Of a stretch of DNA of 32,000 bases, positions 18,138 to 25,912 are shown piece by piece. Numbering within the stretch: position 1 is the first letter of the stretch; every line of letters starts with the position of its first letter. The stretch is from an uncultured Opitutales bacterium (GTDB taxonomy: Bacteria > Verrucomicrobiota > Verrucomicrobiia > Opitutales > Intestinicryptomonadaceae). Below the pieces are notes generated by a model. That model worked only from the letters and a program-made list of their open reading frames with translations. It had not been told where the DNA came from and made no database searches. Made by a program: the position numbers and the translations under genes. The stretch spans positions 510,001-542,000 of the forward strand of contig CAKTSY010000001.1 in assembly GCA_934613415.1 (NCBI GenBank). Direction: 5' to 3'.

Positions 18138-19310
18138 CTATTGCCTTAGCTTTTCGGCAATGGTCTTTGCCAGCTCTTTAACCTGCTGCATTTGCTCTGG
18201 CGTTGCCGAGCCTTTAACCAAAACATCGGGCAGCCTTTCGGGCTTTGTGGTTGCAAACAAGTCTTCTATCTTCTTTTGCAGAATGCCGCCCCACGCAAAC
18301 GAACCTATTACCGACAAATATTTTATTTTGGGCCTCAACAAATTTGCCACATAGCACGCCGAAACCGCAACAGGGTGCGGCCCCGCCAATACCATAGAAG
18401 CCCCAACAACTAAAGTCGAAGCCCCTATAAGCGACATTGCAAATTCGCCTATGTCCTTTTCGGCAATATCTATAAGTTCGGTTTCTACGCCCTCTTCAAC
18501 TAAAGCTTGGTTTAAAACTTTGCACATTTCCTCTACATGCCCGTACATCGAAACATAGGCAATGACAACCTTCTTTTCGGGAACGGGGTTTGCCCATTTT
18601 TCGTACAGGCTAATTATAAATTCGGGGTTTTTGTAAATAAGCCCGTGGCTTGGCGCAATAATCGAGGGGTTTAGTTTCCTTACAACGCCGCAATATTTAA
18701 GGCAAAAGTTTGCAAAAGGCTGCATAATTTCGGCATAATAACGCTTTGCGGCAACGGCGGTCGCACCGTCGTCGGGCGAAAACACATTGCTTGTTGCAAT
18801 ATGCGCGCCGAAAAAGTCGGTCGAAAACAAAATGTTGTCTTCCTGCAAATACGCAAACGAAGTGTCGGGCCAATGCACCCACGCGGCCAGCATAAATTTA
18901 ACCGTTTTGCCGCCCAAGTCGTAGCATTGGTTGTCGGCAAAAATTTCTATCTTTTCGGCGGGTATATGCAATGCGTCTTTGATTATTTCGGCACACTTTG
19001 CGTTTGTAAGGATTTTCGCCGAAGGATACGCCTTTAGCATTTCGGGCAGCGCGCCCGTGTGGTCTTCCTCGCCGTGGTTTGCCACAATATAGTCTAATTT
19101 ATCCACGCCGTTTTGCTTTAAGTAGGCTATAAATTCGTCGGCTTTGGGCGCGTAGGTGCTGTCTACAAGCATTACCGCGTTTTGCCCCCTAATTATATAC
19201 GAATTGTAGCTTGTACCCTCGGGCAGCGGAACAAGCTGGTCGAACAGTTTTCTTTCGGCGTCGTCGGTTCTGACGGCTATAACGTTTTTTGCTATTTCCT
19301 GAAAAGTCAT
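18138..19310 (-). CDS. Flavodiiron protein (FprA-type; metallo-beta-lactamase-like plus flavodoxin domains)
   Basis: Contains 'GTSYNSYII', the di-iron ligand motif 'NHGEEDHTG', and the flavodoxin-like 'VVIAYVSMYGHVEEM'. The ORF-track start (19382) is a GTG. The ATG at 19310 (MTFQEIAKNV...) matches family N-termini. Confidence 0.87.
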   Translation of the reverse strand: MTFQEIAKNVIAVRTDDAERKLFDQLVPLPEGTSYNSYIIRGQNAVMLVDSTYAPKADEFIAYLKQNGVDKLDYIVANHGEEDHTGALPEMLKAYPSAKILTNAKCAEIIKDALHIPAEKIEIFADNQCYDLGGKTVKFMLAAWVHWPDTSFAYLQEDNILFSTDFFGAHIATSNVFSPDDGATAVAAKRYYAEIMQPFANFCLKYCGVVRKLNPSIIAPSHGLIYKNPEFIISLYEKWANPVPEKKVVIAYVSMYGHVEEMCKVLNQALVEEGVETELIDIAEKDIGEFAMSLIGASTLVVGASMVLAGPHPVAVSACYVANLLRPKIKYLSVIGSFAWGGILQKKIEDLFATTKPERLPDVLVKGSATPEQMQQVKELAKTIAEKLRQ

Positions 19311-19406
19311 TTCTTTTTGTCGGTTGTATGTAATAAACAAAAGTGCATATAAAAATGCGTCGGGCAACACTTTTATATGCACATTGTCCGAAAAAGCAAA
19401 AAAACG

Positions 19407-19571
19407 CTATTCTTGGGCTTCTTCGAATTCGTCTTTGCCTACTCCGCAAACGGGGCAAACCCAATCGTCGGGCAGGTCTTCAAACGAAGTTCCCGCCGCT
19501 ATGCCCGAATCTGGGTCGCCCTTTTGGGGGTCGTAAACATATTGGCAAACTTTGCATACATATTTTTTCAT
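19407..19571 (-). CDS. Rubredoxin
   Basis: A 54-aa product, '[38 protein letters not shown]', with both CxxC pairs. The track ORF is extended upstream. The ATG lies at 19571. The gene is 24 nt upstream of the flavodiiron gene. Confidence 0.92.
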   Translation of the reverse strand: MKKYVCKVCQYVYDPQKGDPDSGIAAGTSFEDLPDDWVCPVCGVGKDEFEEAQE

Positions 19572-19805
19572 TTGTATATATTTCCTTTCTATTATATATA
19601 AATAAAGCGTAAAAAAAACTTCGGCAAAAAGCCAAAAAGTAAAATTTTGCGCACACTGCGTACCAAAAGAGGTCAGATTGTGCAAAACAAATCGACATCA
19701 ACAACTAAAAAAATGGAACAAACAACGCCTTTCTTAAAAAAAAGGTTGAAAAATAAAAAATATATGGCACATTTATAACTTTAACAATTTTAAGAGGACA
19801 ATAAA

Positions 19806-19976
19806 ATGCCAAGAGAAACAGTAATCATAGAATGCACAGAAGCGCGCAAAGAAGGCAAACGCCCCTCGCGCTATATGACAACACGCAATCCCCGCAAACA
19901 GGCCGAGAAGGTTGAAAAGATGAAGTACAATCCCTCTCTTAAGCGCAGAACTTTGCACAGGGAAATCAAGAAATAG
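19806..19976 (+). CDS. rpmG: 50S ribosomal protein L33
   Basis: Not in the track (56 aa). My translation is MPRETVIIECTEARKEGKRPSRYMTTRNPRKQAEKVEKMKYNPSLKRRTLHREIKK. An AAGAGG Shine-Dalgarno lies 8 nt upstream. Confidence 0.9.
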   Translation: MPRETVIIECTEARKEGKRPSRYMTTRNPRKQAEKVEKMKYNPSLKRRTLHREIKK

Positions 19977-20003
19977 TTTTTATTTTAAGATAACCGCTTT
20001 TTT

Positions 20004-20045
20004 GCGAAACGCTCTCCTTTTTTCGGGAGGGCGTTTCGTTTTTTT
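20004..20045 (+). terminator. Rho-independent terminator after rpmG
   Basis: CGAAACGCTCTCC (20005-20017) pairs with GGAGGGCGTTTCG (20026-38), giving about 13 bp including one G-U. The loop is 7-8 nt and seven T's follow. Confidence 0.7.
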
Positions 20046-20080
20046 GTGCATATGTCTTAAACAATTTCACGGCTTTGCGC

Positions 20081-20109
20081 TTGACACAAAATTTTGTAAA
20101 ATTAGTAAT
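20081..20109 (+). promoter_or_regulatory. Sigma-70-like promoter candidate for the 20158 gene
   Basis: TTGACA (20081-86), a 16/17-nt spacer, then TAGTAAT (20103-09), about 50 nt upstream of the ATG. Confidence 0.35.
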
Positions 20110-20157
20110 TGCCGCGAACAACTTTTACACGCACATTTAAAAATAAGGTTAGTATAT

Positions 20158-21480
20158 ATGATAAAAAATGCCCTACTCTTTTTGTTGGCTGCAACTATTG
20201 CGGTTATTGCCTATGCAGACAACGGAGACATTCTGTTGCCCAAAGGCGCAAAAATTGCATATCAGGCAAAAGTTAACGGCAAACTTTGCCAGCTATATAA
20301 AGGCAGGCTTTATGTAGATGGCAAATATACATTCTTAAAAACGGGCAAGCCCCTGCGCAATTTCGGCAGCAAAAAAGAGTGCGAACGCTTTATCGCCGAA
20401 GACCTGCCCGTTATAAAAGAAAAAGGCTTTAACAACTTGGTGCTTAACTGCTATTGGCACCAGTTCGACAGCGACGGCAACGGCACAATAGACGTAGACA
20501 CAGCCCCATTAAGGGCTGTAATCGACAAAATTAACGAGCTTGGAATGTTCGCCAGCATTGCGGTAGAAACCTACGGCGTTGGAGGCGGCACAATACCCAA
20601 GCAATTTTTTAAAAAATTTCCCAACGCCATTGCAATGGACAGCACCGGTAAAAAGTGCATAGACGACGAATACGGCAAGGGCACCGCCGTTCCGTCGCTT
20701 TTCGACAAAAACTATCTTAAAGCCGCGCGCCTGTATATCGCAAACCTTGCGCGCGCTTTGTCCGACAAAGACATATTAAATTTCGAAAGCACCGTAGAGC
20801 CCCAATATATAGGCAACAAAACTTTGGATTTTTCGCCCGCGGCAAGAAAGACGTATAAAGAATATATAAAAAACAACGCCATACCCGCCCCCGAAATGCC
20901 CGAAGAATACCCCGTAAGTCGGGAATTTTTAGACAGCCCCGTTTTCAGAATTTTCCTTGCCGAAAATTTGGGCGACTGGGTTAGCCAAGACATTAAAGCC
21001 TTTAAGGACGCCTACAAAAAACCCGTGTTTGCGGCGGTAGACTATTTAGACGCGCTTGAAGAGACAATGCCAAACCGCATGGGCAACCCCGAAATATTTT
21101 TGGCGTCGCTTAAAGACGTGCAAATAATTCAGGTTAACTGGAGCTGGCATTTAAAAACAAGGTCGCCAAATGCAAAGGCATATGCAAGGGTTAGAGCCGT
21201 AAACCGCATTTTAAACCGAAACTGGGCAATAAGCGAGCATATGACGCTTAACGGCAGCGATTTTAAAGGACCCGAAACTGCAGCCCTATTAAAAAACACA
21301 ATAAAAAGCTCTACAAACTACGGGTGGGACTTTACCGACATTTTCAATAAAGGCCACTTTTGTGTTTACGAAAATAATTGGAGGCCAAAAGACCCAATGA
21401 AAGAGGTAGACGACAATTTCGACGACTACCTCGCCGAAATCTACGACACCGTGAAAGCGAAAACCGACAAAGGCGAGTAG
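20158..21480 (+). CDS. Secreted hypothetical protein, possibly a TIM-barrel glycoside-hydrolase-like fold
   Basis: The start is moved to the in-frame ATG at 20158, giving the signal-peptide-like 'MIKNALLFLLAATIAVIAYA'. The segments 'GFNNLVLNCYWHQFD' and 'ESTVEPQY' loosely resemble GH42/GH35-type barrels. The functional call is weak. Confidence 0.6.
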   Translation: MIKNALLFLLAATIAVIAYADNGDILLPKGAKIAYQAKVNGKLCQLYKGRLYVDGKYTFLKTGKPLRNFGSKKECERFIAEDLPVIKEKGFNNLVLNCYWHQFDSDGNGTIDVDTAPLRAVIDKINELGMFASIAVETYGVGGGTIPKQFFKKFPNAIAMDSTGKKCIDDEYGKGTAVPSLFDKNYLKAARLYIANLARALSDKDILNFESTVEPQYIGNKTLDFSPAARKTYKEYIKNNAIPAPEMPEEYPVSREFLDSPVFRIFLAENLGDWVSQDIKAFKDAYKKPVFAAVDYLDALEETMPNRMGNPEIFLASLKDVQIIQVNWSWHLKTRSPNAKAYARVRAVNRILNRNWAISEHMTLNGSDFKGPETAALLKNTIKSSTNYGWDFTDIFNKGHFCVYENNWRPKDPMKEVDDNFDDYLAEIYDTVKAKTDKGE

Positions 21481-21508
21481 ACTTTTAACTAAATATTAAC
21501 CTTTTTTC

Positions 21509-21538
21509 AATGCGCGCCCTATTAGACGCGCATTTTTT
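21509..21538 (+). terminator. Rho-independent terminator
   Basis: AATGCGCG (21509-16) pairs with CGCGCATT (21527-34). The loop is 10 nt and a T-run extends to 21538. Confidence 0.55.
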
Positions 21539-21745
21539 GCGTTTCTTATAAAAATTTTTACAAAATTTGCGGCATAAATATATTTATACTATTTGGTTTA
21601 ATATATATACATAAGTTGGGGTTTTGCCGGTTAATCAAATAACGCCAAAAATACCAAAACAAATAATGGTCATTCGCATATTGAAATTTATAACTTGCTT
21701 ATACATAGCCTATTCCATATTCTACGCAAATATCACATTTTATTC

Positions 21746-21758
21746 AAAAAAAAAAAAA
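21746..21758 (+). repeat. A13 homopolymer in the AT-rich upstream region of the PEP-CTERM gene
   Basis: I counted 13 consecutive A's (21746-21758). The tract is 24 nt upstream of a TTGACT hexamer (21783-88) and about 100 nt upstream of the ATG at 21860. Confidence 0.9.
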
Positions 21759-21859
21759 TAACTTGCCCTATCAAAAATGTGGTTGACTTTACAAAAACAA
21801 CGATTTAGCTTTGCCAACGTTAGATAAAAATTTTTCTACTATATTTAACTTACATAACA

Positions 21860-24673
21860 ATGAAACTATCATACCTAAAAACAATATTCGTTGCGGCGGC
21901 TGTATCGGCAATGTCGGTAAACGCTGGCGCAGAAGACATGCATTGGCGCTACAAGTATGGGTCTACTGACGACAACGGCGCAAACGGCGGAAACTGGAGA
22001 GACTCGGCGGGCAACCTTCTTAATCGCGCCCCCACTAGCGAAGACAACGTTATATTCGATTCTTACGATCCCGTAAGCGGAGACGGCGGCACGCAAGTTT
22101 CGAACCGCATGCACACGCAAGCTTTTGAATTTAACGTGGCAAATATTTTGTTCGACTTCGACTCAACAAAGGGTTCGCCCAGTAACGACATATTTCTGGT
22201 TACGGCGGTACGCAACACAGGCAACAACTTCACCGTAACAGGTGGCGTTACAGTTAAAGGCGACAAAGACATTGTTTTTGTCCCCGAAAGAGCAGACGAA
22301 CCCGCCAACCATGGTTGGAAATCCATAGATTTGGGCTATATTAGCGTAGAAAATTCCCGCGCGCTTAGGTTCGAAAACTGCTGCGCGAACATAAAGCTAA
22401 ATGCCGTTTACAACGAAAGCAAAGGCCAATGGGAAAGCATTGGCGACCTGTTTACCAACGACATTGCCGAGGGTTCTACCATTGTATTTCAGGGCAAAGG
22501 GTTTGAAAGCTCAGGGCAAAAGGTTAAAGCCGCAATGGGTTCTACAAACAACTACGGCACAATAAACATTTGGGCAAACACCGAATTTATCGGAGCTGGC
22601 GACAACTTCAACAACTACGGCAAAATAATTGTTGTTCAAAATAGTCAATATGCCGGCAACCAAGCGCTTTCGGGTGTTATAAACAACAAAGCGGGCGGCA
22701 CAATCTCCATAGACAACAATACGAGCGACAACATCATTAACGCCGTCATCAACAACGAAGGCACTATAGACTCGAATGCATACGCGAGCAAAATGGTGTT
22801 CACAAACGGTTCAAAAATAAACAACATTGGCGGCTATATCAACCTGAACGCAGCTGGCATAGACTTCCAGGAAGGTTCTTCGCTATATTCTAAAACCTCA
22901 AGCAGAGTTGTATTTAACGCAAAAACAAACGCAGCGCACTTCTCTACTTTCGAAGTATACGGCTCGGGCGAAAAGAACACTACAATAGACAAAGACGCAC
23001 GCTATGTAGACATCTACGGTACAAACGTTTCGTTCGACAATCTCACAATAGGCGGCGGTTTTTCGCGCTATTCGAAAGATGTTGAAACGCCGACCGCAAA
23101 GGCTGTAGACCACATGTTCTACGTTTCCGACGCGGGCGCGTTTTCCGCAAAGAATATAACGATATTGACCAACCTTGTTTCGTCCGAAAACGAGGCAAAC
23201 GGCATTACCGAAAACTACTCCCAAATTAGAAGCAACGGCGGGCCCGCTACAATAGAAAACCTAACCTTTATGGGCGGCGAAAGCGCAGATGCCAAGACAT
23301 ACCGCGTTGCCGAATTCCGCATAAACACAGGCAAAAAAGACTACGGCGACGGCTACGCCCTTACCATAGACAAAATAAATGTTTTAGGCTATGCAAAACA
23401 GTCGCACTTCCTTAGCACTTTTAGCACAGTAAGTGCGAAAATCGGAACTCTTAACATAGAGGACGGCATTTCGGTTTGCGACAACGGAATTGGCGACGAA
23501 GGATTTACCGGCACAAACCTTTTGGTGGAAAAAGTTACGGGCAATGTACGCACGACAAATTCAAGCGAAGTTGCAGGCCACCAAGGCGTTACAGTAAACG
23601 ACATTTCGCTTACAAATGCAATGGACAGCGCAAGACAAATCTACTTTAACGTACGCGGCACAAAGAGCGTTGAAATCGACACTGTAAACGCGGTTGTAAG
23701 AAATTCGCTAGGCAATGGCGGCGATATTTACGCTTGGACAGAAGAAAACACAAAAACCGGCATTTCGGCGGGTGCAGTTCACATTAGGAATGTAAAGCTC
23801 GACACAAACTCTAGGTTGCACATAGGCTCGGTTGGCACAAGTGAATTGAACGGCTACACAGGCTATTCGCACCTAGACAACGTAGACTTGGGCAACGGCG
23901 GCATGCTTGAATTTGCATTTAAAGACAGGGGCACAAGCGATGCCATTTTGCAAAAAACAGCAAATATTGGCAACCTTAACGGCTACGGTAAAATCGGCCT
24001 CGACGGCAATGCCGACTGGATTACATACACTGTAAACCTAAACGGCTCGGGCAAATACACCGGCGAAATAGCCGACTCGACCAACAAGGCGGCTCTTGTT
24101 ATGAACATTGTGAAAAATGGCTCGGGCACGCAAATTCTAAGCGGCAACAACACCTATAAGGGAACGACAAACGTAAACGAAGGCACGTTGCTTATGAACA
24201 GAACCGACGGGAAAAGCACAATTTATGTGAGAAACGGCGCAACTTTCGGAGCGGCAGGCCAAGGCGTAAGTGCTTCGTACATCGTAAAAGACAGCGGCGG
24301 TTCGCTATTGTTCGACTTTTCAATGGGCGACGTATCGCTTAACCTTTTAGATGGATCGAGACTTAAGGGCGAAATTTTGTCGACAGACTTCATATTCAGC
24401 AACATTGCTGGAATATTGAATAAGGACACTTTGCTCTTCTCGTTTGCCGACGAAGAAAGCATTACAAACGCTTCTTTAAGAGAAATTCTAAACAGCGGTT
24501 TAACCTACACATATATAGACAAAGCAACAGGGCAGCAATACACTGCAAAGTTCACCGAAGGCGATGCCGACGGCGGCATGTATGTAACATTCGAAGTTCC
24601 CGAACCCGCGACATGGGCGGCAATATTCGGCGCTTTGGCCTTGGCTTTGGCGATATACCGCCGCAGAAAGTAA
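21860..24673 (+). CDS. Large PEP-CTERM-anchored surface protein with autotransporter-associated beta-strand repeats
   Basis: 937 aa. Signal peptide 'MKLSYLKTIFVAAAVSAMSVNAGA', N/G/T-rich beta-helix-like sequence, and the repeat 'GSGTQILSGNNTYKGTTNVNEGTLLMN'. The C-terminal sorting signal is 'VPEPATWAAIFGALALALAIYRRRK' (PEP, then a TM helix, then an Arg cluster). Confidence 0.88.
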   Translation: MKLSYLKTIFVAAAVSAMSVNAGAEDMHWRYKYGSTDDNGANGGNWRDSAGNLLNRAPTSEDNVIFDSYDPVSGDGGTQVSNRMHTQAFEFNVANILFDFDSTKGSPSNDIFLVTAVRNTGNNFTVTGGVTVKGDKDIVFVPERADEPANHGWKSIDLGYISVENSRALRFENCCANIKLNAVYNESKGQWESIGDLFTNDIAEGSTIVFQGKGFESSGQKVKAAMGSTNNYGTINIWANTEFIGAGDNFNNYGKIIVVQNSQYAGNQALSGVINNKAGGTISIDNNTSDNIINAVINNEGTIDSNAYASKMVFTNGSKINNIGGYINLNAAGIDFQEGSSLYSKTSSRVVFNAKTNAAHFSTFEVYGSGEKNTTIDKDARYVDIYGTNVSFDNLTIGGGFSRYSKDVETPTAKAVDHMFYVSDAGAFSAKNITILTNLVSSENEANGITENYSQIRSNGGPATIENLTFMGGESADAKTYRVAEFRINTGKKDYGDGYALTIDKINVLGYAKQSHFLSTFSTVSAKIGTLNIEDGISVCDNGIGDEGFTGTNLLVEKVTGNVRTTNSSEVAGHQGVTVNDISLTNAMDSARQIYFNVRGTKSVEIDTVNAVVRNSLGNGGDIYAWTEENTKTGISAGAVHIRNVKLDTNSRLHIGSVGTSELNGYTGYSHLDNVDLGNGGMLEFAFKDRGTSDAILQKTANIGNLNGYGKIGLDGNADWITYTVNLNGSGKYTGEIADSTNKAALVMNIVKNGSGTQILSGNNTYKGTTNVNEGTLLMNRTDGKSTIYVRNGATFGAAGQGVSASYIVKDSGGSLLFDFSMGDVSLNLLDGSRLKGEILSTDFIFSNIAGILNKDTLLFSFADEESITNASLREILNSGLTYTYIDKATGQQYTAKFTEGDADGGMYVTFEVPEPATWAAIFGALALALAIYRRRK

Positions 24674-24705
24674 GATTTAAAAAATATTATCATTCTTCTC
24701 CTTTC

Positions 24706-24732
24706 AACGCTCCCCTTTTGGGAGCGTTTTTT
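24706..24732 (+). terminator. Rho-independent terminator after the PEP-CTERM gene
   Basis: AACGCTCCC (24706-14) pairs with GGGAGCGTT (24720-28). The loop is 5 nt and a T-run follows. Confidence 0.65.
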
Positions 24733-25308
24733 GTGTGCCCGCAAAATACTATTAAAACGCAAATAAAGGAGAAAAAATACGGCTTATTTTCGGCATAAAA
24801 TCGGAGGGGGAAAGCCATTATTTACCGTGTTAATAGCGTTTGTTTGTATATAAATTGCGGGTGTTTTGCCGCATTTTTTACGGCATTTACCCGCAAAAAA
24901 TGCGTTTTTTTTGGGCACAAAGCGGCGCTATTTTGCAGCATATTTTGTCAAAAAAAATATTCTTAAAAAAGCGTTTTTGGCAAAAAAGACCTTTGCAAGC
25001 TCTTCATTTTTTTTGCCCGACAAACGCAAATCTTGCGGGTTTTATCCAAAAAACATTATTTTGCATATATCGAATACACAGTAAGTTATATGTTTTTCGA
25101 CTAAGCGCGTTTGCCCCGTTTTTTGCGTGCAACGCAAAAATTTTTATACGCGGCGCAACAAGATACCCTTTTTTTGTACCTTTTTCTACAAAAACCCAAC
25201 CTTTGCCGCCGCTTTGGGGGCTTTTTGGAGCTTTGGTGGGGGCGTTTTTTTTGAAATTTAAAAATTTTGGGCAAAAAAACTAAATTTTTGCAAATTTTTG
25301 GCCGATTT

Positions 25309-25375
25309 TGGGATAATACTGCTTGACAATGGAGGGTTTTGGGTAAGAATGGAGGAAAATGGTAAATTAAGGGAG
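25309..25375 (+). promoter_or_regulatory. mraZ promoter/leader with phased TGG repeats (candidate MraZ operator)
   Basis: TTGACA at 25323-28 with TAAGAAT at 25344-50 (15-16 nt spacer). TGGAG, TGGGT, TGGAG and TGGTA begin at exactly 25330, 25340, 25350 and 25360. A further TGGGA begins at 25309. GGGAG (25371-75) is the likely Shine-Dalgarno. Confidence 0.35.
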
Positions 25376-25378
25376 AAA

Positions 25379-25843
25379 ATGTCTTCGGAAACAAGAGAGA
25401 GAGCCTACTATTACGCCGGCGAATACAAGCGTTCGCTGGACGATAAACGCAGGCTTATAGTGCCAGCAAAATGGCGTTTTTCCGGCGACGACAAAGACAA
25501 CGCCTACCTTGCTTTGCCCAATCCAAACGGTTCGATAACGGTGTATCCGCCCAATATGCTTGAAAAGTTGGACGAAAAGATTTCGCAGGCGGGGCTTACA
25601 AACCCTGCGCGCCAGCGCGTTCTTTTAAAAATATTCCGCAACGGCGAAAGGTTTGGCTGCGACAAACAAGGCAGAATAAGCCTAACCGACAAGCTTATGT
25701 CTATGGCGGGAATAGCCAAAGACGCAATTCTTGTTGGTGCCTACCAAACATTCCAGATTTGGGATCCCGAACGCTTCGACAAGTTCATAAACGAAGACGA
25801 CGGCGAAGACCCGAACGAAGTTTGGGCAAATCTCGTTTTCTAA
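25379..25843 (+). CDS. mraZ: Transcriptional regulator MraZ
   Basis: Two SpoVT/AbrB-like halves: 'GEYKRSLDDKRRLIVPAKWR' and 'GCDKQGRISLTDKLMSMAGI.KD..LVG....F.IW'. The in-frame ATG at 25379 gives a 154-aa product. The track ORF is extended to 25298. Confidence 0.87.
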   Translation: MSSETRERAYYYAGEYKRSLDDKRRLIVPAKWRFSGDDKDNAYLALPNPNGSITVYPPNMLEKLDEKISQAGLTNPARQRVLLKIFRNGERFGCDKQGRISLTDKLMSMAGIAKDAILVGAYQTFQIWDPERFDKFINEDDGEDPNEVWANLVF

Positions 25844-25912
25844 TTACCGTGAAAATTTTACACACATTTAAAACCGCAACATTTAAAAGAGGTCGCACAA
25901 AATCGGCACTAT

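Noticed and set aside
21666-21761. 31-codon hydrophobic ORF ending in KKKK, encoded by the A13 tract. It could be taken for a leader peptide or a type I toxin-like peptide.
   Set aside because: It has no Shine-Dalgarno or other expression signal. It lies in an AT-rich spacer where short ORFs arise by chance. I kept it only as a note under the A13 finding.
25042-25050. DnaA-box-like TTATCCAAA in the long non-coding stretch, which could hint at oriC.
   Set aside because: It is a single 8-of-9 match with no cluster of boxes. No dnaA or dnaN is nearby, and there is no AT-rich 13-mer array in register with it.
19980-25300. The accessory-looking block as a mobile element or genomic island.
   Set aside because: It has no integrase, transposase, tRNA attachment site or inverted terminal repeats. 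The only boundary signal is the pair of similar terminator hairpins, which I reported separately as a low-confidence finding.
24840-25394. ORFs of 147 aa (plus strand, 24840-25283) and 97 aa (minus strand, 25101-25394) in the gap upstream of mraZ.
   Set aside because: Both frames stay open only because of long T-runs or A-runs. The products are Phe/Lys/Arg-rich nonsense, and the two ORFs overlap each other on opposite strands.
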